From Candidatus Limnocylindrales bacterium (GTDB lineage Bacteria; Chloroflexota; Limnocylindria; Limnocylindrales; CSP1-4): DNA of 64,000 nt. The position numbers and the translations under genes are program-made. The stretch is from the NCBI GenBank assembly GCA_036392215.1, contig DASVYJ010000091.1, positions 1,115 to 65,114 on the forward strand, given 5' to 3'. The notes beneath the pieces are model-generated. The model was not told the origin of the DNA, made no database searches, and saw only the letters and a list, made by a program, of their open reading frames with translations. Each line of letters starts with the position of its first letter. The stretch's first letter is position 1. Below are positions 18,968 through 28,252 of the stretch, piece by piece.

Positions 18968-19185
18968 GCGTGGACCTCCCCCGGTGACCCGCTCATGCGA
19001 GGCGGCCACCAGCGCCGGCTGTCGCGCGACGGCCCCCGTCGCCGCGCACCGCAGACGATACCGCCCCGGGGCCATGTCGTGAGCGGGCGCGGTGTGGTCG
19101 GTGCGGCTCGGCACCGCCTCGGTGCGCCTCGGCCGCCGACCGGCGATCGCGCCGCGGCGGCGAGCGGCGATGCGACGCGATGTCG

Positions 19186-19755
19186 TCAGGCTCGCCCGTA
19201 GGTGAGGACGACCACGCCGTCCGGGCCCACGGGCTGGCTCGAGACGAGCCGGAAGCTGCGCTCGGCCGTCCCCTCGAACAGCCGGCGGCCCTGGCCGAGG
19301 ACGACGGGAAACACCATCAGGCGCAGCTCGTCGACGAGGTCGTGCTCGACCAGGCTCCGCACGAGACGGCCGCTGCCGGCGACGAGGACATCACCGGGAT
19401 GGCTCGTCCGCAGCTCGCCGAGCCGCTCCGGCAGGTCGCCGCGGATCACGGTCGCCGGCCCCCAGCTCGGGGTCTGCAGCGTCGTCGAGACGACGTATTT
19501 GGGCAACGAGTTCATCCGCTCGGCGAAGCCGGCCTCGTCGCGCATCGTCGGCCAGGCGCGGGCGAAGCCCTCGTAGGTCACTCGACCGAGCAGCTGCGCG
19601 TCGGCCGCGCGGAGCTCGGCGAGCTTGAACCGCCGGCCCTCCTCGCCCTGGTCGAAGCGGAACGTCCAGCCGGCGATCGGCGTGCCCTCGGCACCGCCCG
19701 GGTCTTCGAACACGCCGTCGAGCGAGATGAACTCGGTGACGACGACCTTTCCCAT
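19186..19755 (-). CDS. dihydrofolate-reductase-family protein (RibD C-terminal/YwjB-like)
   Basis: ATG (MGKVVVTEFISLDGVFEDPGG...) with a GGGAGGA SD. 189 aa. The rest of track ORF 19186..20121 is junk. Confidence 0.65.
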   Translation of the reverse strand: MGKVVVTEFISLDGVFEDPGGAEGTPIAGWTFRFDQGEEGRRFKLAELRAADAQLLGRVTYEGFARAWPTMRDEAGFAERMNSLPKYVVSTTLQTPSWGPATVIRGDLPERLGELRTSHPGDVLVAGSGRLVRSLVEHDLVDELRLMVFPVVLGQGRRLFEGTAERSFRLVSSQPVGPDGVVVLTYGRA

Positions 19756-19861
19756 GACGTCCTCCCTGGCGTGGCTGGACCGTCGCGGCCCGACCGAGCG
19801 CGGGCTGCCGGGACCGCGGCGGCCGCGCGACGCTCGGCCGAGCATAGGGCCGGGAATGGGC

Positions 19862-19886
19862 GAGGCCCCTCCGGGGGAGGAGCCTC
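19862..19886 (-). terminator. stem-loop downstream of the NCS1 permease gene (putative intrinsic terminator; no U-tract)
   Basis: gaggcccctcc-ggg-ggaggagcctc, an ~11-bp stem with one mismatch, located between the NCS1 stop at 19928 and the next gene. Confidence 0.35.
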
Positions 19887-19927
19887 GCGGTCCTGATCGA
19901 CGGCCGGCGAAGCCGGCACGAGGAGAC

Positions 19928-21547
19928 TCAGGCGGGCTGGGCCGCCGCCTCCCGGGTCGCCTCGCGCTGCGGGACGAAGCGGGTGAAGGCCCAGTAGAGG
20001 ACGAACGACACCAGCAGGCCGAGGACCCAGCTGTAGTCGTAGAGGTAGCCGCCCCACGGCAGCTGGACGTGCAGGAAGCCGACGATCCCGCCGGGCGGGA
20101 ACGGTCCGCCGGGCGACCCATCGGTGTTCGGCGCCGAGTACGCTCCGCCGCACGCGACGAAGATGCCGATCAGGAGGGCCGCCACGGCCCGCCAGTTCCA
20201 GCCGCTCGCGTAGCGGTAGATGCCGCTCGCCCGGTAGAGGTCGGCCAGCCGGAGGTTCGTCCGGCGGATGAACCAGTAGTCGGCGATGAGCACGCCGGCG
20301 ATTGCGCCGGTCGCGCCGCCGTAGAAGCCGAGCCAGGTGAAGATGTAGATCTTCGGGTCGTGGTAGAGCAGCCACGGCTGGATGAGGATGCCCACGACGC
20401 CGGTGATGAGGCCGCCCGTCCGGAAGCTGATCCGGCGCGGCCAGGCGTTCGAGAAGTCGTACGACGGGCTGACGATGTTCGCCGCCACGTTGACCGACAG
20501 GGTCGCCACGCCGAGGGTGATCAGGGCGAGGACGACGACGATCGCTCCGCCGATCGAGCCGTCACCGAACTTGCCGGTGAGGACGACCGGGTCCCAGATG
20601 TAGGCGCCGTAGACCGTCTTGGTCGCCGAGGTGACGAGCACCGCGATCAGCGGGAAGAGCGTCATCGTCGTCGGCAGGCCGAGGGTCTGGCCGATCGCCT
20701 GGGTCCGCTGACTCATCCCGAACCGGGTGAAGTCCGGCATGTTCAGCGACAGTGTCGACCAGAAGGCGATCATGCCCATCAGCGAGGGGAAGAAGAGCAG
20801 CCAGAAGCTCGAGCCCCAGCCGAGGCTGCCGTTGTCCTGGACGAGCGGGCCGAAGCCGCCGGCCTGGGCGGTCATCCAGATGAGCAGGAAGAAGGCGACG
20901 ATCAGGACGAACGGGGCGGCCCAGTTCTCGAACCGCCGGACGGCGTCCATGCCGCGCATGATGATCACGATGTTGAGGGCCCAGAAGATGGCGAAGCTGA
21001 CCCACAGCGTCCATGGCTGCGGGTCGCCCAGGCCGATCTGGATCTTGCTGGCCGTGATCCACCACGAGTCCTTGCCGAACAGGGCCCCGACCACGGTCCA
21101 GACGGCCTCGCCGCCGATCCACGTCTGGATGCCGAACCAGCCACAGGCGATGCCCGCGCGCAGGAGAGCCGCCAGGTTGGCCCCGAACACCCCGAACGAG
21201 GCTCGGGCGAAGACGGGGTAGGGGATGCCGTACTTGGTCCCGGCGTGGCTGTTGAGCAGCATCGGGATCAGGACGATGACGTTCGCCAGCATGATCGTCA
21301 GGATCGCCTGGTACCAGGCCATCCCGATCGCCACCAGGCCGGCGGCAAGGCCCCAGGTCGGGATGTTGTGCGACATCCCGATCCAGAGGGCCACGTAGTT
21401 GTAGGTCGTCCAGGTGCGCCGGCTGATCGGGACCGGCGCGAGGTCCGCGTTGTGCAGCGGCGAGCCTTCCAGGCTCGCGTCCGTCTGGGGGGTGAGTTCG
21501 TGCCTCCCGTCCGGGTACGTGATCTCCTCGTTGAACGCCGCAGTCAT
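19928..21547 (-). CDS. NCS1-family nucleobase:cation symporter (uracil/dihydrouracil/hydantoin/allantoin permease-like)
   Basis: 539 aa, 12 TM helices, NCS1 signature regions. GAGGGAGG SD upstream of the ATG at 21547. Confidence 0.85.
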   Translation of the reverse strand: MTAAFNEEITYPDGRHELTPQTDASLEGSPLHNADLAPVPISRRTWTTYNYVALWIGMSHNIPTWGLAAGLVAIGMAWYQAILTIMLANVIVLIPMLLNSHAGTKYGIPYPVFARASFGVFGANLAALLRAGIACGWFGIQTWIGGEAVWTVVGALFGKDSWWITASKIQIGLGDPQPWTLWVSFAIFWALNIVIIMRGMDAVRRFENWAAPFVLIVAFFLLIWMTAQAGGFGPLVQDNGSLGWGSSFWLLFFPSLMGMIAFWSTLSLNMPDFTRFGMSQRTQAIGQTLGLPTTMTLFPLIAVLVTSATKTVYGAYIWDPVVLTGKFGDGSIGGAIVVVLALITLGVATLSVNVAANIVSPSYDFSNAWPRRISFRTGGLITGVVGILIQPWLLYHDPKIYIFTWLGFYGGATGAIAGVLIADYWFIRRTNLRLADLYRASGIYRYASGWNWRAVAALLIGIFVACGGAYSAPNTDGSPGGPFPPGGIVGFLHVQLPWGGYLYDYSWVLGLLVSFVLYWAFTRFVPQREATREAAAQPA

Positions 21548-21665
21548 GAGCCTCCCTCTCTTGTAGCTGCTGACTCGGACGACGAGTTGGACCTACGGCT
21601 GGCTGCTTCCTCTCCTCAGGGCGCTCCTCCTCTGGCCGATGCTGCGCCGTCGGCGCTCCGAGGCC

Positions 21666-22994
21666 TCAGGCGACGATCGCGTCCGTCTCCTCCAGGGCGC
21701 GATCGATGATGGCGAAGCCCTCCCGCAGCTGCTCCTCGGTGATGCAGAGCGGCGGATTGGTGAAGAATGCGTTCCAGTGGGTCATCGTGTACAGCCCCCC
21801 GGCGCGGAGCCGGCCGTCGAGGGCGGCCATCTCCGGTGACGTCACGTTGAAGGCCGACAGCGGCTCGCGCGTCTTCCGGTCGCGGATCAGCTCCACGATC
21901 CCGAACAGGCCGATGTTGCGGACCGCCCCGACGCTCGGGTGGCGGGCTTGGAGGTCCTGGAGCAGGCCGCGCAGGACCGGGTCCAGGCGGGCCGAGTTGC
22001 CGACCAGATCGTCGTCGCGCAGGACGTCGACGGCGGCGATGGCCGCCGCGCAGCTGACGGGGTGGGCGGAGTAGGTGAGGCCGCCGAAGTAGGTCCGCTC
22101 GGCGAAGAACTGGGCGACCTGGTGGCTCATGGCGACCGCGCCGAGCGGCAGGTACGAGCTCGTCAGGCCCTTGGCCATCGTCATCAGATCCGGCACCACA
22201 CCCCAGTGGTCGACCGCGAACCAGCGACCGGTTCGGCCGAAGCCTGCCATCACCTCGTCGGCGATGAGCAGGATCCCGTACTTCGTGCACAGCTCGCGCA
22301 CGCCCTCGAGGTAGCCGTCAGGCGGGATGAGGATGCCGTTCGTGCCGGTCACCGTCTCCACGATGAAGGCGGCGATCGTCTGCGGGCCCTCGTACTGGAT
22401 GACCTCCTCGAGGTAGGCCAGGTGCTCGTCGACCGGCTCGGGCTCCTCGCGGCCCCAGCGCCAGGGGTCGAGGACCCGGATGACGCCCGGCACCGCCGGC
22501 TCGCTCGCCCAGCGGCGTGGGTCGCCGGTCACGCTGATCGCGCCGGCCGTCGCCCCGTGGTAGGAGCGGAAGCGGGCGATGACCTTCTGGCGGCCCGTCA
22601 CCATCCGGGCCATCCGGAGCGCGTTCTCGTTGGCCTCGGCCCCGCCGAGCGTGAAGAAGAACGTGTCGAGGTCGCCCGGCGTCAGCTCGGCGAGCTTCTG
22701 CCCCAGCCGGCCGCGCACCTCCGTGGCGAACTGGGGAGCCGCGAAGGCGAGCTGGTGGGCCTGCTTGGCGATGGCATCGGCCACCCGGCGGTCGCCGTGG
22801 CCGATGTTGACGCTCATGAGCTGACTGTTGAAGTCGATGTACCGCTTGCCGTCAGGGTCCCAGAAGTAGACGCCCTCGGCCCGGTCGATGACGATCGGGT
22901 TGACCTTGGATTGGGCCGACCAGGAGAAGAAGGTGTACTGGCGGTTGAGGGCGACGATCTCCTCGGTCGTCAGCCGATCGCGGGTCAGGGTCAT
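21666..22994 (-). CDS. class-III (PLP-dependent) aminotransferase, beta-alanine/omega-amino acid:pyruvate transaminase-like
   Basis: Start MTLTRDRLTTEEIVALNRQYTFFSW (aa 65 of the track ORF). Contains the PLP-lysine region. The overall pattern resembles omega-aminotransferases. Context lies in a pyrimidine/beta-alanine catabolism gene set. Confidence 0.85.
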   Translation of the reverse strand: MTLTRDRLTTEEIVALNRQYTFFSWSAQSKVNPIVIDRAEGVYFWDPDGKRYIDFNSQLMSVNIGHGDRRVADAIAKQAHQLAFAAPQFATEVRGRLGQKLAELTPGDLDTFFFTLGGAEANENALRMARMVTGRQKVIARFRSYHGATAGAISVTGDPRRWASEPAVPGVIRVLDPWRWGREEPEPVDEHLAYLEEVIQYEGPQTIAAFIVETVTGTNGILIPPDGYLEGVRELCTKYGILLIADEVMAGFGRTGRWFAVDHWGVVPDLMTMAKGLTSSYLPLGAVAMSHQVAQFFAERTYFGGLTYSAHPVSCAAAIAAVDVLRDDDLVGNSARLDPVLRGLLQDLQARHPSVGAVRNIGLFGIVELIRDRKTREPLSAFNVTSPEMAALDGRLRAGGLYTMTHWNAFFTNPPLCITEEQLREGFAIIDRALEETDAIVA

Positions 22995-23521
22995 GGCTGC
23001 GGCAGGACCTCCGGCGATGGGTACAGAGGATGGCCGATTAGACCACACCGGCGCACGGCTCGCAGAGGGTCCGATGGCCCGAATCGCCCCCCTGCGCCCG
23101 GGTGGGCGGACCCGGCGACCGCGCGACGCGATCCGGCGTCCCCGGTGCTTCCCGTCGGATCCTGTCGGGTCCTCGCCCCGTGGCAAGCGCGCGGATCGGC
23201 TCGCCGCTGGCCCGGCCCGGACCCCGCGTTTCCTGTCCGATCCTCGCCCCGTGGCACAGCGCCCGGATCAGCGTCGAGCAACGGCGGCCCTGGCGCGAGC
23301 CGGACCGTCGCCCCGTGCCGCCCGACGGCAGGATGACAGGAAAGCCGGCCGGCCCGATCCGCGCGCCGCCACTCGCCGGCGAGCCGGAGCGGGCACCAAC
23401 CGGCGGCAGCGGGCACCAACCGGCGGCAGCGGGAACCGACCGCCAGACCTGGCAGTTCTGCCGCGATCGACGGCCCGAGGCGTACGGCGACCTCGTCCGG
23501 CCCTAGCTGTGGTCACCACAC

Positions 23522-24646
23522 CTAGACGCCGGCCGGCTGCGGCTCCTCCTCGACCGACCCGCCGTAGCCCCCGTGGTAGTCGGCCGCATCGGGCCGCCGG
23601 ATCGCGGAGTGGGGGACGATGCTGTCGCGGCGCAGACCGCGGAAGTCGGCCAGCGATTGCCAGCCCCGCTCCGCGTTGCGCTCGAGGAACTCGCTCATGC
23701 CAGCCGTCAGGCCGCGGATCACGTCTGGGCCGATGGCGTGGTCGAGCATCGCCGCGGTCGCGACCTGGACCGTCCCGCAGCCGAGCAGGAAGTAGTTGAG
23801 GGCCTGCTCGAACGTCGAGACGCCGCCGATGCCGCTGAACTCCCGGTCCGGGAAGGCCTGCGTCATCTGGGCCATCTTGGCCAGCGACTGGGCCAGGATC
23901 GCCGGCCCGCCGAGCCCTCCCGACGAGACGAGCCCGTCGACGTTCACCTCGAACTCGAGCGTCGCGGGGTCGACCAGCGGCAGGGCGGGGAACGTGTTCG
24001 ACGAGGAGATCGCGTCCGCGCCGCCGCGGAACGTGGCCGCTGCCTCCTCGACGATGTTGGCCGTGGCCGGGGTGAGCTTGACCCAGACCGGTACGCGGGC
24101 GACCTCCTTGACGACCTCCGTCGTGGTCGAGACGAGGACGCTGTCCTTGCCGACGTTCGAGCCCATGTCGACGCGGTCCATGTGGGGGCACGAGAAGTTC
24201 AGCTCGATGGCGTCCACGCCCTCGTCCTGGACGCCGCGGACGAGGGTCTGCCAGTTGACAAGCTCGCGGTCGTTGCCGGAGCCGGCCATGATCGAGGCGA
24301 CGAGGACCTTCGTCGGGTGCGCCCGCTTGATCGCCGACAGCCGGCCGATCCACCAGTCGAGCGGCTTGTCCGAGATGAGCTCCCAGTTCCACGAGGCGAC
24401 GAGGGTGCTCTCCGACCGCTTCGCCATCGAGAGGCGGCTGCCGCCGTTGTCCACGCTGAGGAACTTCGTCTTGGGGCCCTTGACGTTGACGACGGGGTGG
24501 AGCCCGATCGTCTTGGTCACGACCCCGCCCCAGCCGGCCTCGAACGCCCGCAGGATGTTCGTCTCCGACTCCGTCGGCGGGGCCGACGCGAGCAGGAACG
24601 GGTTCTCGAAGCGGATGCCCGTGAAGACGGTCGACAGGTCGGCCAC
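23522..24646 (-). CDS. dihydroorotate-dehydrogenase-family protein, PreA-like (dihydropyrimidine dehydrogenase catalytic-subunit-like, no ferredoxin domain)
   Basis: GTG start with a GGAGGAG SD. Motifs FENPFLLASAPP and ELNFSCPHM. Paralogous to the DHOD-like part of CDS 4316..6904 but lacks the C-terminal 2x[4Fe-4S] domain. Confidence 0.75.
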   Translation of the reverse strand: MADLSTVFTGIRFENPFLLASAPPTESETNILRAFEAGWGGVVTKTIGLHPVVNVKGPKTKFLSVDNGGSRLSMAKRSESTLVASWNWELISDKPLDWWIGRLSAIKRAHPTKVLVASIMAGSGNDRELVNWQTLVRGVQDEGVDAIELNFSCPHMDRVDMGSNVGKDSVLVSTTTEVVKEVARVPVWVKLTPATANIVEEAAATFRGGADAISSSNTFPALPLVDPATLEFEVNVDGLVSSGGLGGPAILAQSLAKMAQMTQAFPDREFSGIGGVSTFEQALNYFLLGCGTVQVATAAMLDHAIGPDVIRGLTAGMSEFLERNAERGWQSLADFRGLRRDSIVPHSAIRRPDAADYHGGYGGSVEEEPQPAGV

Positions 24647-24902
24647 CGGCGTCTCCTCCGTAAATGTTCACGGAAAGTGCGCATGATTGGCGACCGACGG
24701 GCGCGGCACTAGGGCCGGTCGGCCCGTTCTCCGGCGCGCCGAGCCGCCGCGGGCCGTTCAGCCCGATTCGGCGTGACCGTCCGGACCTTGCGCCTGCGCG
24801 GACGCGCTTCCCACGATGCCCCGGCAACGCTCCCGGAGGTCGTCGTTCGCGGGGCAGGACTGGGCACGCGGACCCGGCCATCCGTGCCGACAGGAGGCAC
24901 CC

Positions 24903-26447
24903 GTGACCATCGACGCGCGTCCATCGGAGGCCGAGGCGGCCCCCGCCACCCTCCCAATCCTCTCCCACTGGATCGACGGCCGGCCGGTCGAGGTCCTCCC
25001 GGAGCAGACCGGGCCCGTGTTCGACCCGGCCAGCGGCCAGGTCATCGGCCGCGTCCCGCGCGGCGGCAAGGCCGAGGTGGATGCCGCGGTCGCGGCCGCG
25101 CGACGCGCCTTCCCGGCCTGGCGCGACACCCCGCTCATCGCCCGGAGCCAGATCTTCTTCGCCTTCCGCGAGCTGATGTTCCGCCACCGCGAGGAGCTCG
25201 CGCGGCTCATCACCCGCGACCACGGCAAGACCTACCCGGACGCCCTGACCGAGGTGATGCGCGGCCTCGAGACGGTCGAGTACGCCTGCGGCCTGCCGAC
25301 CCTGATGGCCGGCCTCAACACGCCCAGCGTCTCCACGGCCGTCGACGTCCACACCCTCCGCCAGCCGCTCGGCGTCGTCGCCGGCATCACCCCGTTCAAC
25401 TTCCCGGTCATGGTCCCGACCTGGATCTACCCGATCGCCCTGGCCTGCGGCAACACCTTCGTCATGAAGCCGTCCTCGCACACGCCGGGCGCGACCCAGC
25501 TCCAGGCCGAGCTGTGGACCGAGGCCGGCCTGCCGGACGGCGTCTTCAACGTCGTGTACGGCGGCCGCGAGGCCGTCCAGGCGATCGTCGAGCACCCGGA
25601 CATCGAGGCCATCCAGTTCGTCGGCTCGACGCCGGTCGGGCGCTACGTCTACGAGACCGGCACCCGGACCGGCAAGCGGGTGACGGCGTTCACGTCGGCC
25701 AAGAACGCGATGGTCGTCCTGCCGGATGCGGACATGGAGCTCGCGGCCGACGCCGCCGTCGCCTCCGGATACGGCTCGGCCGGCGAGCGGTGCATGGCCC
25801 AGACGCTGCTCGTCGCCGTCGGGGACGCCGCCGACCGCCTCCGGCCGCTCATCGAGGAGCGCATCGGCCGCCTGAAGATCGGTCCCGGGATGGAGCCCGG
25901 CGTGGACATGGGCCCGATCTACTCGGCCGAGCACCGCGAGTCGGTGATGGGCTGGATCGACCGGGGCGTCGCGGAAGGCGCGGAGCTCGTCGCCGACGGC
26001 CGGCCATTCCGTCATCCCGACCGGCCGGACGGCTTCTTCCTCGGCGTCACGCTCTTCGACCACGTCACGCCCGACATGACGATCTACCAGGAGGAGATCT
26101 TCGGCCCGGTCCTGGGCATCGTCCGGACCGCGACGTACGGCGATGCACTGGCCCTGGTCAACGGCCACCAGTACGCCAACGGGACGGCCATCTTCACGAC
26201 GGACGGCGGCGCCGCCCGGCGCTACGAGCTCGAGGTCGACGTGCCGATGGTCGGCATCAACGTCCCGATCCCCGTCCCGGTCGGTTACCTGAGCTTCGGC
26301 GGGTCGAAGCTGTCCGCCTTCGGCGACCTGAAGATGCGGGGCGAGGACAGCATCCGCTTCTTCAGCCGCCAGAAGGAGGTCACGGTCCGCTGGCCGGAGC
26401 CCGGCCGGCGGCCCGCGCTCAGCCTCGTCTTCCCCAGCAACAGCTGA
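24903..26447 (+). CDS. mmsA: CoA-acylating methylmalonate/malonate-semialdehyde dehydrogenase
   Basis: GTG start after AGGAGG. ALDH superfamily with a catalytic Cys region (GERCMA) and an MmsA-type N-terminus (ILSHWIDGRPVE). 514 aa. Confidence 0.85.
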   Translation: MTIDARPSEAEAAPATLPILSHWIDGRPVEVLPEQTGPVFDPASGQVIGRVPRGGKAEVDAAVAAARRAFPAWRDTPLIARSQIFFAFRELMFRHREELARLITRDHGKTYPDALTEVMRGLETVEYACGLPTLMAGLNTPSVSTAVDVHTLRQPLGVVAGITPFNFPVMVPTWIYPIALACGNTFVMKPSSHTPGATQLQAELWTEAGLPDGVFNVVYGGREAVQAIVEHPDIEAIQFVGSTPVGRYVYETGTRTGKRVTAFTSAKNAMVVLPDADMELAADAAVASGYGSAGERCMAQTLLVAVGDAADRLRPLIEERIGRLKIGPGMEPGVDMGPIYSAEHRESVMGWIDRGVAEGAELVADGRPFRHPDRPDGFFLGVTLFDHVTPDMTIYQEEIFGPVLGIVRTATYGDALALVNGHQYANGTAIFTTDGGAARRYELEVDVPMVGINVPIPVPVGYLSFGGSKLSAFGDLKMRGEDSIRFFSRQKEVTVRWPEPGRRPALSLVFPSNS

Positions 26448-26465
26448 TCTCCCTCGGCGCGTCCT

Positions 26466-26497
26466 GGAGCCGGGGTGGCGGGAGCCGCCCCGGCTCC
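26466..26497 (+). terminator. stem-loop downstream of mmsA copy 1 (putative terminator)
   Basis: ggagccgggg-N12-ccccggctcc, a 10-bp perfect stem located 19 nt after the mmsA stop. Confidence 0.4.
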
Positions 26498-26558
26498 TTG
26501 CATGCCGCGTCCCGGCCCGGGCCCAGTCGCCACTCCCCCGCCACCGGAGATCCATCGC

Positions 26559-26954
26559 GTGCAGTACCTGCTCGGCCTCTTCCTCGCCGCCCACGGCCTG
26601 ATCCACGCCTCGTACCTCAGTCGCGTCCCGCCGGACGCCGGCTGGAACTGGCCGTTCGACATGTCGCGCTCGTGGCTCGTGGCGAGCCTCGGCCTGGACA
26701 CCGGGCTGGTCCGGGTCCTGGGGATCGTCCTCATCGCCATCACCGTCGTCGGCTACCTCGTCGCCGCGGCGGCCGCCGTCGGGCTGGCGGGCTCGCTCTG
26801 GCAGCCGGCCGTCGTCCTCGCCTCCGTCGCCTCGGTCGCCCTGCTGGTGCTCTGCTTCCATCCGTGGATCGTGCTCGGCTTCGCCATCGACGCCGTCCTC
26901 CTGTGGGCGGTCCTTGCGGCGGCCTTCCATCCCTCGAGCCTGCTCGGGCGGTAG
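26559..26954 (+). CDS. small integral membrane protein (about 4 TM)
   Basis: GTG at 26559 with a GGAGA SD. The earlier ATG in the track ORF overlaps the terminator hairpin. Hydrophobic throughout; family not recognised. Confidence 0.45.
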   Translation: MQYLLGLFLAAHGLIHASYLSRVPPDAGWNWPFDMSRSWLVASLGLDTGLVRVLGIVLIAITVVGYLVAAAAAVGLAGSLWQPAVVLASVASVALLVLCFHPWIVLGFAIDAVLLWAVLAAAFHPSSLLGR

Positions 26955-27867
26955 GCCGGTCTGGCGCCAGCCGCGTCCTCGCTTCGGGACGAACGGCCCT
27001 CCGGTCCCGCGAGGTCGGCCGATAAGGTCGGGGCCATCCACGAGCCCCACCCAAAGGCGAGCCACGACCGCCACGCCCTTCGCCGACCTGGGCCTCGCCG
27101 GCGCGCCGAACCTGCGCGACGTCGGCGGCCACGTCACCGCCGACGGCCGTCGCGTCCGCCGCGGCCTCCTCTACCGCTCCGGCAGCCTCCACCGCCTCGC
27201 GGGCCCCGACGCCGCCCGGTTCGCCGAGCTCGGCGTCCGGACCGTGTACGACCTGCGGACCGAGGCGGAACGGGCGGCGGAGCCCGACCACCTCCCGCCG
27301 GGGACACGGCAGGTCGCGGTCGACGTCCTGGGCGTCCATGTCCCGACCCATCCGTCGCGGCTGATGCGCCTGTTCGACGATCCGGCTGCGGCCGCCGCCG
27401 ACCTCGGGGACGGGGGCTCGGAGGCACTCTGGCGCGCGCAGTACGCCGACTTCGTCCGCCTGCCGCACGCCCGGGCCGCCTTCGGCCGGCTGTTCCGCGA
27501 CGTCGCCGAGACAGCCAACCGGCCCGCCCTGCTGCACTGCTCGACCGGCAAGGACCGCACCGGCTGGGCGGCCGCGGCGCTGCTGCTTCTGCTCGGGGTG
27601 CCCGAGGCGACGGTCGTCGCGGACTACCTGGCCAGCCGCGACCACCTCGCCCCGCTCGTGGGCCCGCTCCTGGAGCGGTTCGCCGCCCGCGGCGGCGACC
27701 CCGCGCTGCTCGAGCCGATGCTCGGCGTCCGGCCGGCGTACCTCGAGACGGCGCTGGCCGAGGTCGACCGGCGGTTCGGCTCGATCGCGGCGTACTTCGC
27801 GGACGGGCTCGGCGTCGGCGCCGCGGTTCAGACCGCCCTCCGGGCCGCGTTCGTCGAGGCGGCCTGA
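26914..27867 (+). CDS. protein-tyrosine/Ser phosphatase, Y_phosphatase3 family (CX5R active site HCSTGKDRTG)
   Basis: Conserved N-terminal RDVGG...LYRSG block and a CSTGKDRTG P-loop. The only in-frame ATG/GTG upstream of the domain is at 26914, which overlaps the previous CDS by 41 nt and adds an Arg/Pro-rich 60-aa N-terminus. The true start is uncertain. Confidence 0.6.
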   Translation: MRRPSIPRACSGGRPVWRQPRPRFGTNGPPVPRGRPIRSGPSTSPTQRRATTATPFADLGLAGAPNLRDVGGHVTADGRRVRRGLLYRSGSLHRLAGPDAARFAELGVRTVYDLRTEAERAAEPDHLPPGTRQVAVDVLGVHVPTHPSRLMRLFDDPAAAAADLGDGGSEALWRAQYADFVRLPHARAAFGRLFRDVAETANRPALLHCSTGKDRTGWAAAALLLLLGVPEATVVADYLASRDHLAPLVGPLLERFAARGGDPALLEPMLGVRPAYLETALAEVDRRFGSIAAYFADGLGVGAAVQTALRAAFVEAA

Positions 27868-27869
27868 CC

Positions 27870-28205
27870 CTACCGGCCCTGGGCCATGCTGCCGACCGGC
27901 ACGAGGTGCGTCGCGACGCCGTACGTCTCGCCGGTCTCCGGATCACGGCGGGCGACGACGACCAAGCGCCGCTCGCCGCGCTCGGTTCGGATCCGCGCGG
28001 CGAGATGCCGCCCCTCCCGGTAGACGAGGTCCATCAGCTCGAACGCCCCGGCCGGCAGGTCGAGCATCGCCTCGCGCGCCGGCTGGCCGAGGCACGCGGG
28101 GCCGTAGGCGGCCACGAACGCTGGGTTCGCGTGGACGATGCGGTGGGCCCGGCCGAGGTGGAACGCGGCAGGGCTGGGGGAGGCGGGCGCGGCCATCATC
28201 GACAC
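27870..28205 (-). CDS. small PAS-like domain protein (hypothetical)
   Basis: 111 aa, convergent with the phosphatase gene. A PAS-like pattern (IVHANPAFVAAYG...G.FELMDLVYREGRHLAARI...RRDPETGETYGVATHLV) and plausible codon usage. Confidence 0.4.
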   Translation of the reverse strand: MSMMAAPASPSPAAFHLGRAHRIVHANPAFVAAYGPACLGQPAREAMLDLPAGAFELMDLVYREGRHLAARIRTERGERRLVVVARRDPETGETYGVATHLVPVGSMAQGR

Positions 28206-28252
28206 ACTACCGCAGGCCGCCGCGGGCAGCCCGGAAGAACCCCGGGTCCGCG

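Noticed and set aside
17174-19114. Long N-terminal extension of the CpaF-RidA ORF (MPSRTDHTAPAHDMAPGRYRLRCAATG...)
   Set aside because: No SD. Pro/Ala/Arg-rich. The GTG at 18967 has a strong GGGGGAGG SD and aligns with the usual CpaF N-terminus. The extension is read-through of the upstream intergenic DNA.
25649-25909. Pair of similar antisense ORFs (25649..25909 - and 36485..36838 +), both starting MSTPGSIPGPIFRR...
   Set aside because: They lie antisense inside the two mmsA paralogs. Their similarity is only a shadow of the sense-strand duplication, not evidence of an independent conserved gene.
23268-27137. 1289-aa minus-strand ORF, plus other very long ORFs (1915..3054 -, 7666..9207 -, 10550..11806 +, 11783..13630 -, 16170..18023 -, 17408..19201 +, 19625..21709 +, 32255..33961 -, 54671..57592 -, 57397..58269 -)
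   Set aside because: All are antisense or out of frame relative to well-supported family-matching genes. They have Arg/Pro/Gly/Ala-dominated composition with no motifs. High-GC artefacts.
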